From the IMG/VR virus record IMGVR_UViG_3300042898_004908, positions 1 to 59,495 of that record: 59,495 nucleotides of DNA; one strand, 5' to 3'. Shown piece after piece: positions 1 to 9,342 of the stretch. The DNA is from a virus (lineage: Duplodnaviria > Caudoviricetes). The number at the start of each line of letters is the position of its first letter. The first letter of the stretch is position 1. Both the position numbers and the translations under genes were made by a program. Below the pieces are notes generated by a model that did not search any database, was not told the DNA's origin, and saw nothing but the letters and a program-made list of their open reading frames with translations.

Positions 1-692
1 GCGGCAGGATTGAACACTGATTCTTCGCCAGCGTTGAATGTTTGTCCAGGATCAAAAATATTTTCGCCTGGTGCTTCAGCAGGATCAAACTCTGTGGCCT
101 GTTCTGCCAATTCAGCTCGGTTTGCTTCTTGCTCAAGCTCTAATCTTCGTGCTTCAAAAGGATCATCGGCGGCTGCTTGTTCGTCTGGCGTGAGTGTTAT
201 GTCAGCTGGGTCAGCGTTGGCTCGTTCTTCAGCAGCTAGGCGTGCCGCTTCAAACGGATCATTATCACCAGGACCTTGAGGATCGTTGGCATCAATAAAA
301 TTCTGATTTACTGCTCCATTGGCAGAAACCGTAGCGGCATCTAGTGTAGATTGTGCTGTGCTTTCTACTTCAGAAATAAATGCCTGTTGGGTTGCAATCA
401 AATTTTGAGTCTGTGCAATGTTGTCTGTATTTTGTTCTATTGCCGCTTCATTTTGTGCAATAATCACAAGATTGTCTGTGATGTTTGCTTCAAGCGCCGC
501 CACTTGATCGTCGGGTAGGGTATCTGCACCTCTGAGTTGATCTCTGTCCTCTTGTATGTTGCCACGAGCACTTACAATATTTTGTTGCTGTTGTGTAATG
601 GCCACTTGGTAGCCTACAATGGCCGTTTGATAGCCTTGAATAGCAGTGCTGGCTCTGGCAACTTCAGCGATTTGTTGTGGGGTCGCGGGCAT
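1..692 (-). CDS. Partial hypothetical (probably virion/baseplate) protein, runs off the left edge; missing from the ORF track
   Basis: ATG at 692-690 with AGGA RBS and TAAATA upstream. Frame is open to the window edge: MPATPQQIAEVARASTAIQGYQTAIVGYQ...; coiled-coil-like N-terminus then acidic DPFEA(A/R)RL and FDP repeats. Confidence 0.75.
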   Translation of the reverse strand, partial: MPATPQQIAEVARASTAIQGYQTAIVGYQVAITQQQQNIVSARGNIQEDRDQLRGADTLPDDQVAALEANITDNLVIIAQNEAAIEQNTDNIAQTQNLIATQQAFISEVESTAQSTLDAATVSANGAVNQNFIDANDPQGPGDNDPFEAARLAAEERANADPADITLTPDEQAAADDPFEARRLELEQEANRAELAEQATEFDPAEAPGENIFDPGQTFNAGEESVFNPA

Positions 693-712
693 ATTAAAAA
701 ATTCCTATACAT

Positions 713-718
713 TATTTA
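713..718 (-). promoter_or_regulatory. Late promoter core TAAATA for the leftward gene
   Basis: tattta on + strand, 20 nt upstream of ATG 692; same motif precedes most structural genes. Confidence 0.55.
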
Positions 719-751
719 ACCCAATTAAAAACTAGGTACTTTAAGAAGAGG

Positions 752-784
752 TTGACAACTGTTGCAAATATGCTACAATAAATA
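752..784 (+). promoter_or_regulatory. Sigma70-type promoter (TTGACA-16-TACAAT, extended TG) overlapping a late TAAATA core, upstream of gp55
   Basis: TTGACA 752-757, TG 771-772, TACAAT 774-779, TAAATA 779-784; AGGAG RBS follows. Confidence 0.7.
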
Positions 785-805
785 CAGAAGGAGACTGTTT
801 AGTCC

Positions 806-1702
806 ATGAGCTTATTACCAAAAACCGCACCCCGTGTTAACTATCTTAACAATCGGGACATTTTAAAAGAAATTCACCATAGCAAAAATACCTACTGCTG
901 GTATCGCGACCGTGAGTTGGATCATCAATTTGATTTGATTTTGCCCAGCTTGGACAAGATCAATCAACGCACAATTGTTGATGCTAGAAAAAATCGTGCA
1001 GATCGTATCAAGCGCGAAACTGGCGAAGTGATTGATCAAAAGAAGATTCCCAACACTGATCTAGTGTTCCGCATCACTTGTTGGGATCATATTCCCCGAG
1101 CACCCAAAAAGATCACCAAGGCCGAAGCCAAAAAGAAAAAGCTAGAAGAAATTTTTGAACTAGAAGATATTCAAGAAGATCCCTTGGCTGATCTAGTGGA
1201 TGTGCCTGTGCTGGATTTAAATCATGTGCGACTGAACTTCCCACCATTTGAACACCATCGTCTGGACGAAGAAAAAAATACTTTCCTGGTTGGCCGCAGT
1301 CACTGGCGGGGCGATTTGGCCACAGGAGAGTTCAGCCGTGATCATGGCAACATGACCAAGAAGCTGGCCATGATGTTTATGAAGTTATGTGAAAGATATG
1401 CAACAAGGAGCAACTGGCGTGGATACACCTACAACGAAGAAATGCGAGGACAAGCCTTGCTACAACTCAGTCAAATTGGACTGCAATTTGACGAATCAAA
1501 ATCGCAGAACCCTTTTGCGTATTATACTGCCGCTATCACTAATAGCTTTACTCGTATCTTGAACATTGAGAAAAAGAATCAAAACATCCGCGATGACATC
1601 CTGGAAATGAATGGACTCAATCCTAGCTGGACTCGTCAGAATTCTGGCAAAGCTGGTATGGCTGCATTGTCCGGACCGGTTGTGTCTAGTCTAGATGAGT
1701 AG
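806..1702 (+). CDS. gp55: T4 gp55-like late-transcription sigma factor
   Basis: NYLNNRDILKEI N-terminus; NWRGYTYNEEM...FDESKSQNPFAYYT motif; located just upstream of gp47/gp46 as in T4. Confidence 0.88.
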   Translation: MSLLPKTAPRVNYLNNRDILKEIHHSKNTYCWYRDRELDHQFDLILPSLDKINQRTIVDARKNRADRIKRETGEVIDQKKIPNTDLVFRITCWDHIPRAPKKITKAEAKKKKLEEIFELEDIQEDPLADLVDVPVLDLNHVRLNFPPFEHHRLDEEKNTFLVGRSHWRGDLATGEFSRDHGNMTKKLAMMFMKLCERYATRSNWRGYTYNEEMRGQALLQLSQIGLQFDESKSQNPFAYYTAAITNSFTRILNIEKKNQNIRDDILEMNGLNPSWTRQNSGKAGMAALSGPVVSSLDE

Positions 1703-1708
1703 TATAAT
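1680..1708 (+). promoter_or_regulatory. Sigma70-like promoter (TTGTGT-17-TATAAT), probably giving a leaderless transcript
   Basis: TATAAT 1703-1708, 6 nt before ATG 1715. Confidence 0.5.
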
Positions 1709-1714
1709 AGGTAG

Positions 1715-2614
1715 ATGTCAAATCTAATTTTTTTTACTCAAGATGTACCTGGTGAGAGAGAATGGCTGTATAGCTTGTTCCCTGACCACCTGTGTCTTGA
1801 AACACAATCTTCAGGTCGGTGGAATACTGTGACCAGTAACCCTGTAATTTGGGAGGTTCCAGGGCCTGATCAACATTTAGACCTCCATTCCAAGTTAGAC
1901 GGTTCCAAAGTCAAATCCATTTTTCAGCAAGACTTGCCCATTGAAACATTGTTAAATGATACCGGATGGTTAGACTCCGAGGATTTGTATCTACACAACA
2001 AACTTAATTTTGCAGATGCTGACTCAGATGCGGCAATTAGTCAATACCAAATGTTTACTTTTGCTCGGTGTGGTACTGTGTTTACTGAATCAATTCTTCA
2101 GAAAAAGTATCCGGTCATTGAGCATCATTATGTTCTAGAAAACAACTTACCTCGAATCGTCACAGCGTGTCAAAATACACAAACACTTATTTGCTTGTTG
2201 TATCGTCGTGATTGGTGGAGTTGGCTTGTCAGCAACATAATCTCAGAAAACAACGATTATTATCATTATTATTCAAATGTTAATTTTGCAAACTTAAATT
2301 CTGTAGAAATTGGCCCTGCACAAATTGAACTGTACGAAGAAAGAATTAGATCAATTTTTAATTTCTGGTGCAATCTTAGAATGTGCCTGCCTTTGCATCA
2401 ATTTAAACTTTTTGAGTTTGCAGATGTTATTAAACAAAATCAATCAAACACCGATCACAAAAAAATTCCTTACAATCCTGCAGACTTTGTAGTGAATCAT
2501 GAAAAATCAAAATTGCTATTTGAAGAAGAATACTTACCTCGTTGGCAAGAAATTGAACGCAACAGTTTGCATCATTTGTCTGCAATGAAGGTCAACCTTA
2601 CATCAACCATATGA
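1715..2614 (+). CDS. Hypothetical protein with a sulfotransferase-like C-terminal domain
   Basis: FTFARCGTVFTESIL resembles the 5'-PSB loop (xxRSGT); LLYRRDWWSWLVS resembles the 3'-PB motif (R...S). Confidence 0.45.
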   Translation: MSNLIFFTQDVPGEREWLYSLFPDHLCLETQSSGRWNTVTSNPVIWEVPGPDQHLDLHSKLDGSKVKSIFQQDLPIETLLNDTGWLDSEDLYLHNKLNFADADSDAAISQYQMFTFARCGTVFTESILQKKYPVIEHHYVLENNLPRIVTACQNTQTLICLLYRRDWWSWLVSNIISENNDYYHYYSNVNFANLNSVEIGPAQIELYEERIRSIFNFWCNLRMCLPLHQFKLFEFADVIKQNQSNTDHKKIPYNPADFVVNHEKSKLLFEEEYLPRWQEIERNSLHHLSAMKVNLTSTI

Positions 2615-3624
2615 ATTTATTTAAAAAAGCCGCGATCTTCACTGACATTCACTTTGGACTGAAGTCAAATAGTATTCTACACAACGAAGACTGTTTGACC
2701 TTTGTCAAATGGGCCACTGCCAAAGCCAAAAGCGAAGGTTGCGAAACCTGCTTGTTTTTGGGAGATTGGCACAACAATCGAGCCAACCTCAATATTGTCA
2801 CGCTAAACTACAGTCTACAAGCACTGGAGCACATGAATGCCAACTTTGAGCATGTGTACTTTATTCCTGGCAATCATGACTTGTATTATCGCGATAAGAG
2901 AGATATACAGAGTGTGGAGTGGGCAAAGCATCTCCCCAATGTTGAAATCTGCAACAATTGGTTTGACGGTGGCAATGTGATCATTGCTCCTTGGCTCTGC
3001 GGAGACGATCATAAACGCATACCCAAACTAAAGGGCAAGTACATGTTCGGGCACTTTGAACTGCCTGGCTACTTGATGAACGCCATGGTGGAAATGCCCG
3101 ATCACGGTGAAGTGCGTAGAGAAGACTTCAACAACTTTGAACATGTGTTTACTGGACACTTTCACAAGCGACAGACCAAAAAAAATATCACCTACATTGG
3201 CAACTGTTTCCCGCACAACTATGCTGACGCTGGTGACGACGAGCGTGGACTAACTGTATTAGAATGGGGGCATGATCCTGTGTATCATGCATGGCCAGAT
3301 CAGCCCAGTTACAGAGTCTACGGACTGGCCAATTTGATCGACAATGCCGCCAGCTTGCTTCGACCCAAGATGCATGTGCGTGTTAATTTAGATATTGAAA
3401 TCAGCTACGAAGAAGCTAATTTTATCAAAGAAACATTTATTCAGCAGTACGGACTGAGAGAAATGGCCCTCATCCCCAACAAGGCCGCCGGAGTAGAAGT
3501 TGACCTGGCGCCTGGAGAAATTAAATTTGAGTCAGTTGATCAAATTGTAACAGATCAAATTACAAATATTGAATCAGAATTTTACGACAACAAATTGTTG
3601 CTGAAAATTTATCAAAATCTATGA
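2611..3624 (+). CDS. gp47: gp47-like recombination endonuclease (Mre11/SbcD metallophosphoesterase)
   Basis: DIHFG, GDW, GNHD, GHFH phosphoesterase motifs; synteny with gp55 and gp46. Confidence 0.92.
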   Translation: MNLFKKAAIFTDIHFGLKSNSILHNEDCLTFVKWATAKAKSEGCETCLFLGDWHNNRANLNIVTLNYSLQALEHMNANFEHVYFIPGNHDLYYRDKRDIQSVEWAKHLPNVEICNNWFDGGNVIIAPWLCGDDHKRIPKLKGKYMFGHFELPGYLMNAMVEMPDHGEVRREDFNNFEHVFTGHFHKRQTKKNITYIGNCFPHNYADAGDDERGLTVLEWGHDPVYHAWPDQPSYRVYGLANLIDNAASLLRPKMHVRVNLDIEISYEEANFIKETFIQQYGLREMALIPNKAAGVEVDLAPGEIKFESVDQIVTDQITNIESEFYDNKLLLKIYQNL

Positions 3625-4085
3625 GTTGGCGCCAAACACAATTAGATCAATCATTGTGTGACCAAGATCGATTAATTTTACAACTATTTGAAAATTGTTC
3701 TGTAAAATACATAGGTCAAAATGCTGAATTTGCTGAGCATCTGACTGTGGACAATGATTCATCAAACTTGATACTGATAATAAATCATCCAGTATGGTGT
3801 TCAGATTTAGTATCTCTTTGCAAAACGCATTTGACTGATACCGTCCAAACTTTTTATATTGGCGTCAACAGGTACTGCATCAAAGGCAACGATACCACAG
3901 TTGAACTAAATCTAACAGACAGCAAAGGCCAAGACATAATTGATTTTGTTAGTGGGCAAGCACAGTCAGGTGGCCATGTGACCACACAGTCTGGTCATTA
4001 TGACCAAGACCTCGGCAGGCATTTCAATTTTGTACAACCGTTAACATGGGTATATGGACACAAAACAACAAACCAAAGTAACTAA
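3621..4085 (+). CDS. Hypothetical protein (cassette gene A; paralog of 7575-8060)
   Basis: ATGA overlap with gp47; SWRQTQL...FYIGVNRY...GRHFNFVQPLT. Confidence 0.7.
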   Translation: MSWRQTQLDQSLCDQDRLILQLFENCSVKYIGQNAEFAEHLTVDNDSSNLILIINHPVWCSDLVSLCKTHLTDTVQTFYIGVNRYCIKGNDTTVELNLTDSKGQDIIDFVSGQAQSGGHVTTQSGHYDQDLGRHFNFVQPLTWVYGHKTTNQSN

Positions 4086-4629
4086 TCAGAATAAAATTAA
4101 TTTTTTTCAAACAGTCTACCATCATCAGTCTGCTGACAAGAATGACTTAGTCGATCTTGAATCAATTGATCAACCCACAATTATTCTAATAGATTGTTGC
4201 GGATGGTATTATAAAAAACTGTTTCCTCAAAAGTCTATCATTGGTTTTGAAACAGTTAAAACAGTCAAAGATTTTGAGCTAGACCAAACATACTTTGATC
4301 GTTTGATTGACAATCAAGCTGACAATCGAATTGGGTGGCCTTCATTGACAGCATCCAAGTGTGCAGTGGTGTTTGATAGATCACCCTTGCTAAAGTATCT
4401 GACACTGCAACAGATATCTAATATACTAGATAAAATTTCCAACAAGTACATGCCCGATACCATTGTGTTAGAGCAATCATTGATCTTTATAGATGACGCA
4501 AGATTGGTAGATAGATTTTATACCGTTGCCAGTCTTGCAATTGACAATTACATTGTGAATCAATTCAACTACAACACTGACAAGATGCATCTTTCAGTTA
4601 GATTTCAAAAGAAAATCAACACACTATGA
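4054..4629 (+). CDS. Hypothetical protein (cassette gene B; possible degenerate Rossmann/methyltransferase-like fold)
   Basis: Tightly packed ORF; weak similarity to 8057-8587. Confidence 0.65.
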   Translation: MDTKQQTKVTNQNKINFFQTVYHHQSADKNDLVDLESIDQPTIILIDCCGWYYKKLFPQKSIIGFETVKTVKDFELDQTYFDRLIDNQADNRIGWPSLTASKCAVVFDRSPLLKYLTLQQISNILDKISNKYMPDTIVLEQSLIFIDDARLVDRFYTVASLAIDNYIVNQFNYNTDKMHLSVRFQKKINTL

Positions 4630-5513
4630 CCCGAGCAGTCGCTATAGATTTTATAGCCGGAACTCATGGCCATTTTCTTGAGGTTATTCTAAACAAGTTT
4701 TTTAGTGTGGTATCAGTTGACTTTGTTCCATTTACTGCACTGGGCACCAGCCACAATGCCACAGAAGAATATACCAAGAATAAAATGTTTCATGCCGAGC
4801 ATTGGAGCGAGCTGTATCCAGAAAAATTAAAAAAATTCGATCAAGTTATTGCTATAAAATTTTTGCCCGAAGATCTGTTGTATGTGGCATCTGTTAGTCT
4901 GTTACGAGCTGGAGATATGCAACTCAACAATGACCAATTGGAAATAGATACCTATAACAAACTCAATAACAAATTTTATAAAAATAGTCTTGATACCATA
5001 TTGACATCGTATCCATTTTTGCAAGTTGATCAGATCAACAGCAACATCCCGAGATATGTACTGAGAGAATTTTTTAAATATGGGTTTCGAGACACTGCCG
5101 TCAATGGCTATTGGGAGAAGCAACAGGTAATGCAGTATTCAGACAATTGTGATGTTTTTGAATTTGAGCTTGCTTCGTTTTACGACTTTGAACATTTTAC
5201 TCAAAACATCAAACGGTTGGAACAATTTTTAAATTTAAATTTTGACTTTGGCAACGAGTTTGCCGAGATGTACAAAAAATTTATTGAGTTTATACCTTAC
5301 TTGACACACAAAGTACAATGCGATCAAATTGTAGATCAGATAATTTCGCAAGTAATATCACCAATACCAAAACTGACTTTGCTACAAGAAAGTTATATCA
5401 ACGCTGAATTAGAAAAATATTTCAACAAAGAAATGCCATTTCACCAGGATGAGTATTTTAATTCAACACAATTTGTGTTACAATACATTAAAGAACAGGC
5501 ACCAGATTTATGA
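4626..5513 (+). CDS. Hypothetical protein with a sulfotransferase/P-loop-like N-terminus (cassette gene C)
   Basis: IDFIAGTHGHFLE glycine loop after the first beta strand; ATGA overlaps at both ends. Confidence 0.65.
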   Translation: MTRAVAIDFIAGTHGHFLEVILNKFFSVVSVDFVPFTALGTSHNATEEYTKNKMFHAEHWSELYPEKLKKFDQVIAIKFLPEDLLYVASVSLLRAGDMQLNNDQLEIDTYNKLNNKFYKNSLDTILTSYPFLQVDQINSNIPRYVLREFFKYGFRDTAVNGYWEKQQVMQYSDNCDVFEFELASFYDFEHFTQNIKRLEQFLNLNFDFGNEFAEMYKKFIEFIPYLTHKVQCDQIVDQIISQVISPIPKLTLLQESYINAELEKYFNKEMPFHQDEYFNSTQFVLQYIKEQAPDL

Positions 5514-7591
5514 TAGAAATTCGCAATCTCACAGTAAAAAACTTTATGAGCGTGGGCAATGCCACACAGGCAGTAGACTTTGATCGTCAGGATTTGACTT
5601 TGGTATTGGGCGAGAATTTAGATCTCGGTGGCGATGGCAGTAGAAATGGCACAGGCAAGACTACCATTATCAATGCACTGAGCTATGCCATGTATGGACA
5701 AGCATTGAGCAACATACGCAAAGACAATCTGGTAAACAAGACCAACAGCAAAAACATGCTGGTCAGTTTGGATTTCAAAGTCAACGGACAAGCATACAAG
5801 ATTGAAAGAGGTCGCAAACCCAATGTATTGCGATTCTATGTCAACGACGAGCACCAGGTTGCACAAGATGATGCGCAGGGCGATTCAAGAGAAACACAAG
5901 ATGCTATCGAGCGGGTGATTGGCATGAGCCACGACATGTTTCAGCACATTGTTGCGTTGAACACTTACACTCCGCCATTTCTTAGTTTAAAGGCCAATGA
6001 ACAAAGAACAATTATTGAACAGTTGCTGGGCATCACTGTACTGAGTGAACGAGCTGATCGAATCAAAGAGCTCAACAGAGAAACCAAAGACGCTATTACA
6101 CAAGAAGAATTTCGAGTTCGTGCTGTGCAAGAAGCCAACAAACGAATCGAAGAGCAAATTGAAAGTCTGCGTCGTAGACAAGGTCTATGGCAAAAGAAAT
6201 ACGACAGTGACCTGGCATACCTTGTGGCACAATACGAAGACCTAGCCAAAATCAACATTGAAGTTGAACTGTTGGCTCACAAAGATCTAGCTGTTTGGAC
6301 CGAAAAGAAAAAACAAGCAGATGCGTACAATCGGCTGTTGGCATTTCAAACTGCATGGCGACAAACTCATGCCAAAGACATCAAAGAGCTCGAAGCCAGC
6401 TATGCCAAACTCAGTCACATAGATATCACTGCCGAACTACAGGCGCATCAGGATCTAGTGCTGTTCAATCAAAAGATCAAGGACATTGCAGATCTAGAAA
6501 AGTTGATTGCTAGATGTGTTGCAGATGAAGCCAAAGAACAAAAAGTCATTGTCAAACTCAAGGCTGAGATTGAAGAATTAAAAAATCACAAGTGCTATGC
6601 TTGTGGTCAAGACTTTCACGACGCCAGTCACGAAACTGTACTGGCTACCAAAGAAAAAGCACTGCAAGAAGCGGCATTGCAAGCATTGTCCACCAATGGG
6701 CAGTGGATGGAAAATACTGATGCACTTCAAGCATTGGGCGAGCTAGGCGTACAACCAACCACTCACTACAAGACTGAAGCAGAAGCAATTCGTCACTCCA
6801 GTGAGCTTGGCAACATACAACAAAAGATTGATGCTAAAAAATCTGAAACGGATCCTTATGCTGAACAATTGGTTGAAGTCTCGCTAGTAGAGCCTGGCCC
6901 ACAGCCGTCCACTCATTACGACACTGAATCACTGGCTATTGAACATCGCAGTCGTGTCAACACTTTGCTGACGCAGATTGCTGCCAAGGGCGAAGAGAAG
7001 GATCCGTACACAGAACAAATTACCGAAATGCAACAGCAAGCATTGCAAGAAGTGGACTACAACATCATCAATGAACTTACACGATTGCAAGAACATCAGG
7101 ACTTTTTGCTGAAGCTACTGACCAGCAAAGACAGTTTTGTACGCAAGAAGATCATTGATCAGAACTTGAGTTATCTGAACGCACGTCTAACACACTATCT
7201 AGATCGTATTGGCTTGCCACATACTGTGAAGTTCCAGAACGATTTGACTGTGAGCATAGAAGAACTGGGTCGTGAATTGGACTTTGACAATTTGAGTCGT
7301 GGTGAACGCAATCGATTAATTTTAAGTATGAGCTGGGCATTCCGAGATGTTTGGGAAAGTTTATACCATCCGATCAATGTGCTGTTCATTGACGAAATGA
7401 TTGACAACGGTATGGACACACAAGGTGTGGAAAATAGTCTGGCATTGTTGAAAAAGATGAGCAGAGAAAGACACAAGAGTATTTGGTTAGTCAGTCACAA
7501 AGATGAACTGGCTGGTCGAGTAGAAAATATTCTCAAGGTAATCAAAGAAAATGGATTTACCAGTTACAACACCGATGTTGACATTGCCTGA
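5510..7591 (+). CDS. gp46: gp46-like recombination ATPase (Rad50/SbcC)
   Basis: KNFMSVG, Walker A NGTGKTT, zinc hook CYAC, signature LSRGE, Walker B LFIDE, VSH. Confidence 0.93.
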   Translation: MIEIRNLTVKNFMSVGNATQAVDFDRQDLTLVLGENLDLGGDGSRNGTGKTTIINALSYAMYGQALSNIRKDNLVNKTNSKNMLVSLDFKVNGQAYKIERGRKPNVLRFYVNDEHQVAQDDAQGDSRETQDAIERVIGMSHDMFQHIVALNTYTPPFLSLKANEQRTIIEQLLGITVLSERADRIKELNRETKDAITQEEFRVRAVQEANKRIEEQIESLRRRQGLWQKKYDSDLAYLVAQYEDLAKINIEVELLAHKDLAVWTEKKKQADAYNRLLAFQTAWRQTHAKDIKELEASYAKLSHIDITAELQAHQDLVLFNQKIKDIADLEKLIARCVADEAKEQKVIVKLKAEIEELKNHKCYACGQDFHDASHETVLATKEKALQEAALQALSTNGQWMENTDALQALGELGVQPTTHYKTEAEAIRHSSELGNIQQKIDAKKSETDPYAEQLVEVSLVEPGPQPSTHYDTESLAIEHRSRVNTLLTQIAAKGEEKDPYTEQITEMQQQALQEVDYNIINELTRLQEHQDFLLKLLTSKDSFVRKKIIDQNLSYLNARLTHYLDRIGLPHTVKFQNDLTVSIEELGRELDFDNLSRGERNRLILSMSWAFRDVWESLYHPINVLFIDEMIDNGMDTQGVENSLALLKKMSRERHKSIWLVSHKDELAGRVENILKVIKENGFTSYNTDVDIA

Positions 7592-8060
7592 TTCATTGGC
7601 CTGGCGTGAATACCAACTTGGGTGGTATGCTGAACCTGTGGCTATAAAACAAGATCACGAGTTGATTGAGTACATAAAACACAATCATATTCAGCATGCA
7701 ATAATTCACGGAGATGATTTTTTCTCTCAGCATGTTAACAAAGTTGATTATGGCCCAGTTGATCTTGTTATCTGGATTGAAAATCAACCGTTCGACTTTG
7801 AACAATTGGTAAACAATATCAATGCAGAGATTGAACACAATCTCTCCCCCAATGGCATTGTGTATTTGGCTGTGAACAAATTTTTGTGTAGACGGCATCA
7901 GTCTACCACAAACTTACCCGATGACTATAACTGTGCCATTTTTGATTATGTCACCAAAAATGTCAATGCAGTGACGGAAAAATATTTTCCTGATCTAGAT
8001 GGTGAAGGCACAATGTTTAATTGGGTTCATCCGTTAACAAGATTTTATTTTAGAAAATGA
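7575..8060 (+). CDS. Hypothetical protein (cassette gene A')
   Basis: AWREYQL...LSPNGIVYLAVNKF...GTMFNWVHPLT; paralog of 3621-4085; start reassigned to ATG 7575. Confidence 0.7.
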   Translation: MLTLPDSLAWREYQLGWYAEPVAIKQDHELIEYIKHNHIQHAIIHGDDFFSQHVNKVDYGPVDLVIWIENQPFDFEQLVNNINAEIEHNLSPNGIVYLAVNKFLCRRHQSTTNLPDDYNCAIFDYVTKNVNAVTEKYFPDLDGEGTMFNWVHPLTRFYFRK

Positions 8061-8587
8061 AAGTCATAGAGAAATACTCTGACGGTGCTATTCTTGACAC
8101 TGCAGAAGTTGTCACACAGAGATTTCAAAAATCAATATATGATATATCTACAGGAGTAACAGAGTCTATTAGATCAAAATTGCTGCCAGGCAAAACGGTA
8201 GTGTTATTCAGTGGCAGTTGGAGATTTAACTTTGACGCAGTATATCTAGAAGCTAAAATTTTCGACCGCAACACAATTTCATTGCATAGCCAAACTTATT
8301 TTGTCGAACCTAACAATACAAAACTATTTGACAAAGTCATGCATGGAATCCATGCAACAAACATATTGATATTGCATTCAGGATTTTTTTGCAATTACAA
8401 ATCATTGGATGTAATTGTTGAACAAATGAGCACCTATCAACAATATTGTCCTAAACAAATTGTATTATCAATTCCTCAGGAGCGGGTAAGCTTCAATCGT
8501 TTGAAATACTCTGTAAACGATGTAGCACAGCAATATCAGGCAGAAGTAGTAGACAACTGTTTTATTATACAGATGGTTTCACAATGA
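8057..8587 (+). CDS. Hypothetical protein (cassette gene B')
   Basis: ATGA-coupled; similar length and position to 4054-4629. Confidence 0.65.
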   Translation: MKVIEKYSDGAILDTAEVVTQRFQKSIYDISTGVTESIRSKLLPGKTVVLFSGSWRFNFDAVYLEAKIFDRNTISLHSQTYFVEPNNTKLFDKVMHGIHATNILILHSGFFCNYKSLDVIVEQMSTYQQYCPKQIVLSIPQERVSFNRLKYSVNDVAQQYQAEVVDNCFIIQMVSQ

Positions 8588-9342
8588 CTTTAAATATTTT
8601 AAGATGGCAGGGCGGGTCAGGTGGAGACATGTTGTTGAAATTAATTTCAAGCTCAGCAGTAGTACAAACAAATGCAAAATTTCAATCTGGATTGTCAGCA
8701 CATGGCAAAATATTATTGGATCAGTTGCACCAACCAAGTCAAATAAATTATATTGCAATGGATTTTAACTGCCGGGCATCGATTGACCCAAAATTATTAA
8801 AACAAGAACTTGATCAGATAATTTCTAGTGACCAAATCTGGTGGGTTAAAAGTCATTATTACGAACAGAATTTTTACACTGATTGTATTGTAGACATTGT
8901 AGTTGATCATGAGTTGTTACCTTTTGCTGTGACTGCAAATATCAATAAAACAACAACCATGCAGTCTGACTTTAATCCGTTGGTGGCTAAAATTACTGAT
9001 CCGTATGTTCGATATCAGTACTCAATTTACAGTTTAGCTAAAGATTTTGTTTATCCATACAACACCAAGCGCATTATACAATTGAAACAATTGTTATCTG
9101 GATGGGATCAATTAAAGAACGCACTAGATTCGTTGAATATATCACTTGACGAGAAACTAAAAAGTTTTTATCAAGATTGGTTAACGCTCAATACTATGTA
9201 CATGCCAACACCTGCGTATCAACATCTTGTCAAGACACAAGATTACAATATGGATCACCCTGATCTTACACTGGTTGAAAAATATTGTTTGTTAGTTCTT
9301 GCTGGACGCAAATTTCAAATGCTGGATCAAAATGAAGTTTGA
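8584..9342 (+). CDS. Hypothetical sulfotransferase/P-loop-like protein (cassette gene C')
   Basis: ILRWQGGSGGDMLL glycine loop; WVKSH motif typical of sulfotransferase-fold proteins. Confidence 0.6.
   Translation: MTLNILRWQGGSGGDMLLKLISSSAVVQTNAKFQSGLSAHGKILLDQLHQPSQINYIAMDFNCRASIDPKLLKQELDQIISSDQIWWVKSHYYEQNFYTDCIVDIVVDHELLPFAVTANINKTTTMQSDFNPLVAKITDPYVRYQYSIYSLAKDFVYPYNTKRIIQLKQLLSGWDQLKNALDSLNISLDEKLKSFYQDWLTLNTMYMPTPAYQHLVKTQDYNMDHPDLTLVEKYCLLVLAGRKFQMLDQNEV

Noticed and set aside
10-719. Plus-strand ORFs 10-279 and 537-719
   Set aside because: Shadows of the longer minus-strand gene starting at 692, which has an RBS and promoter
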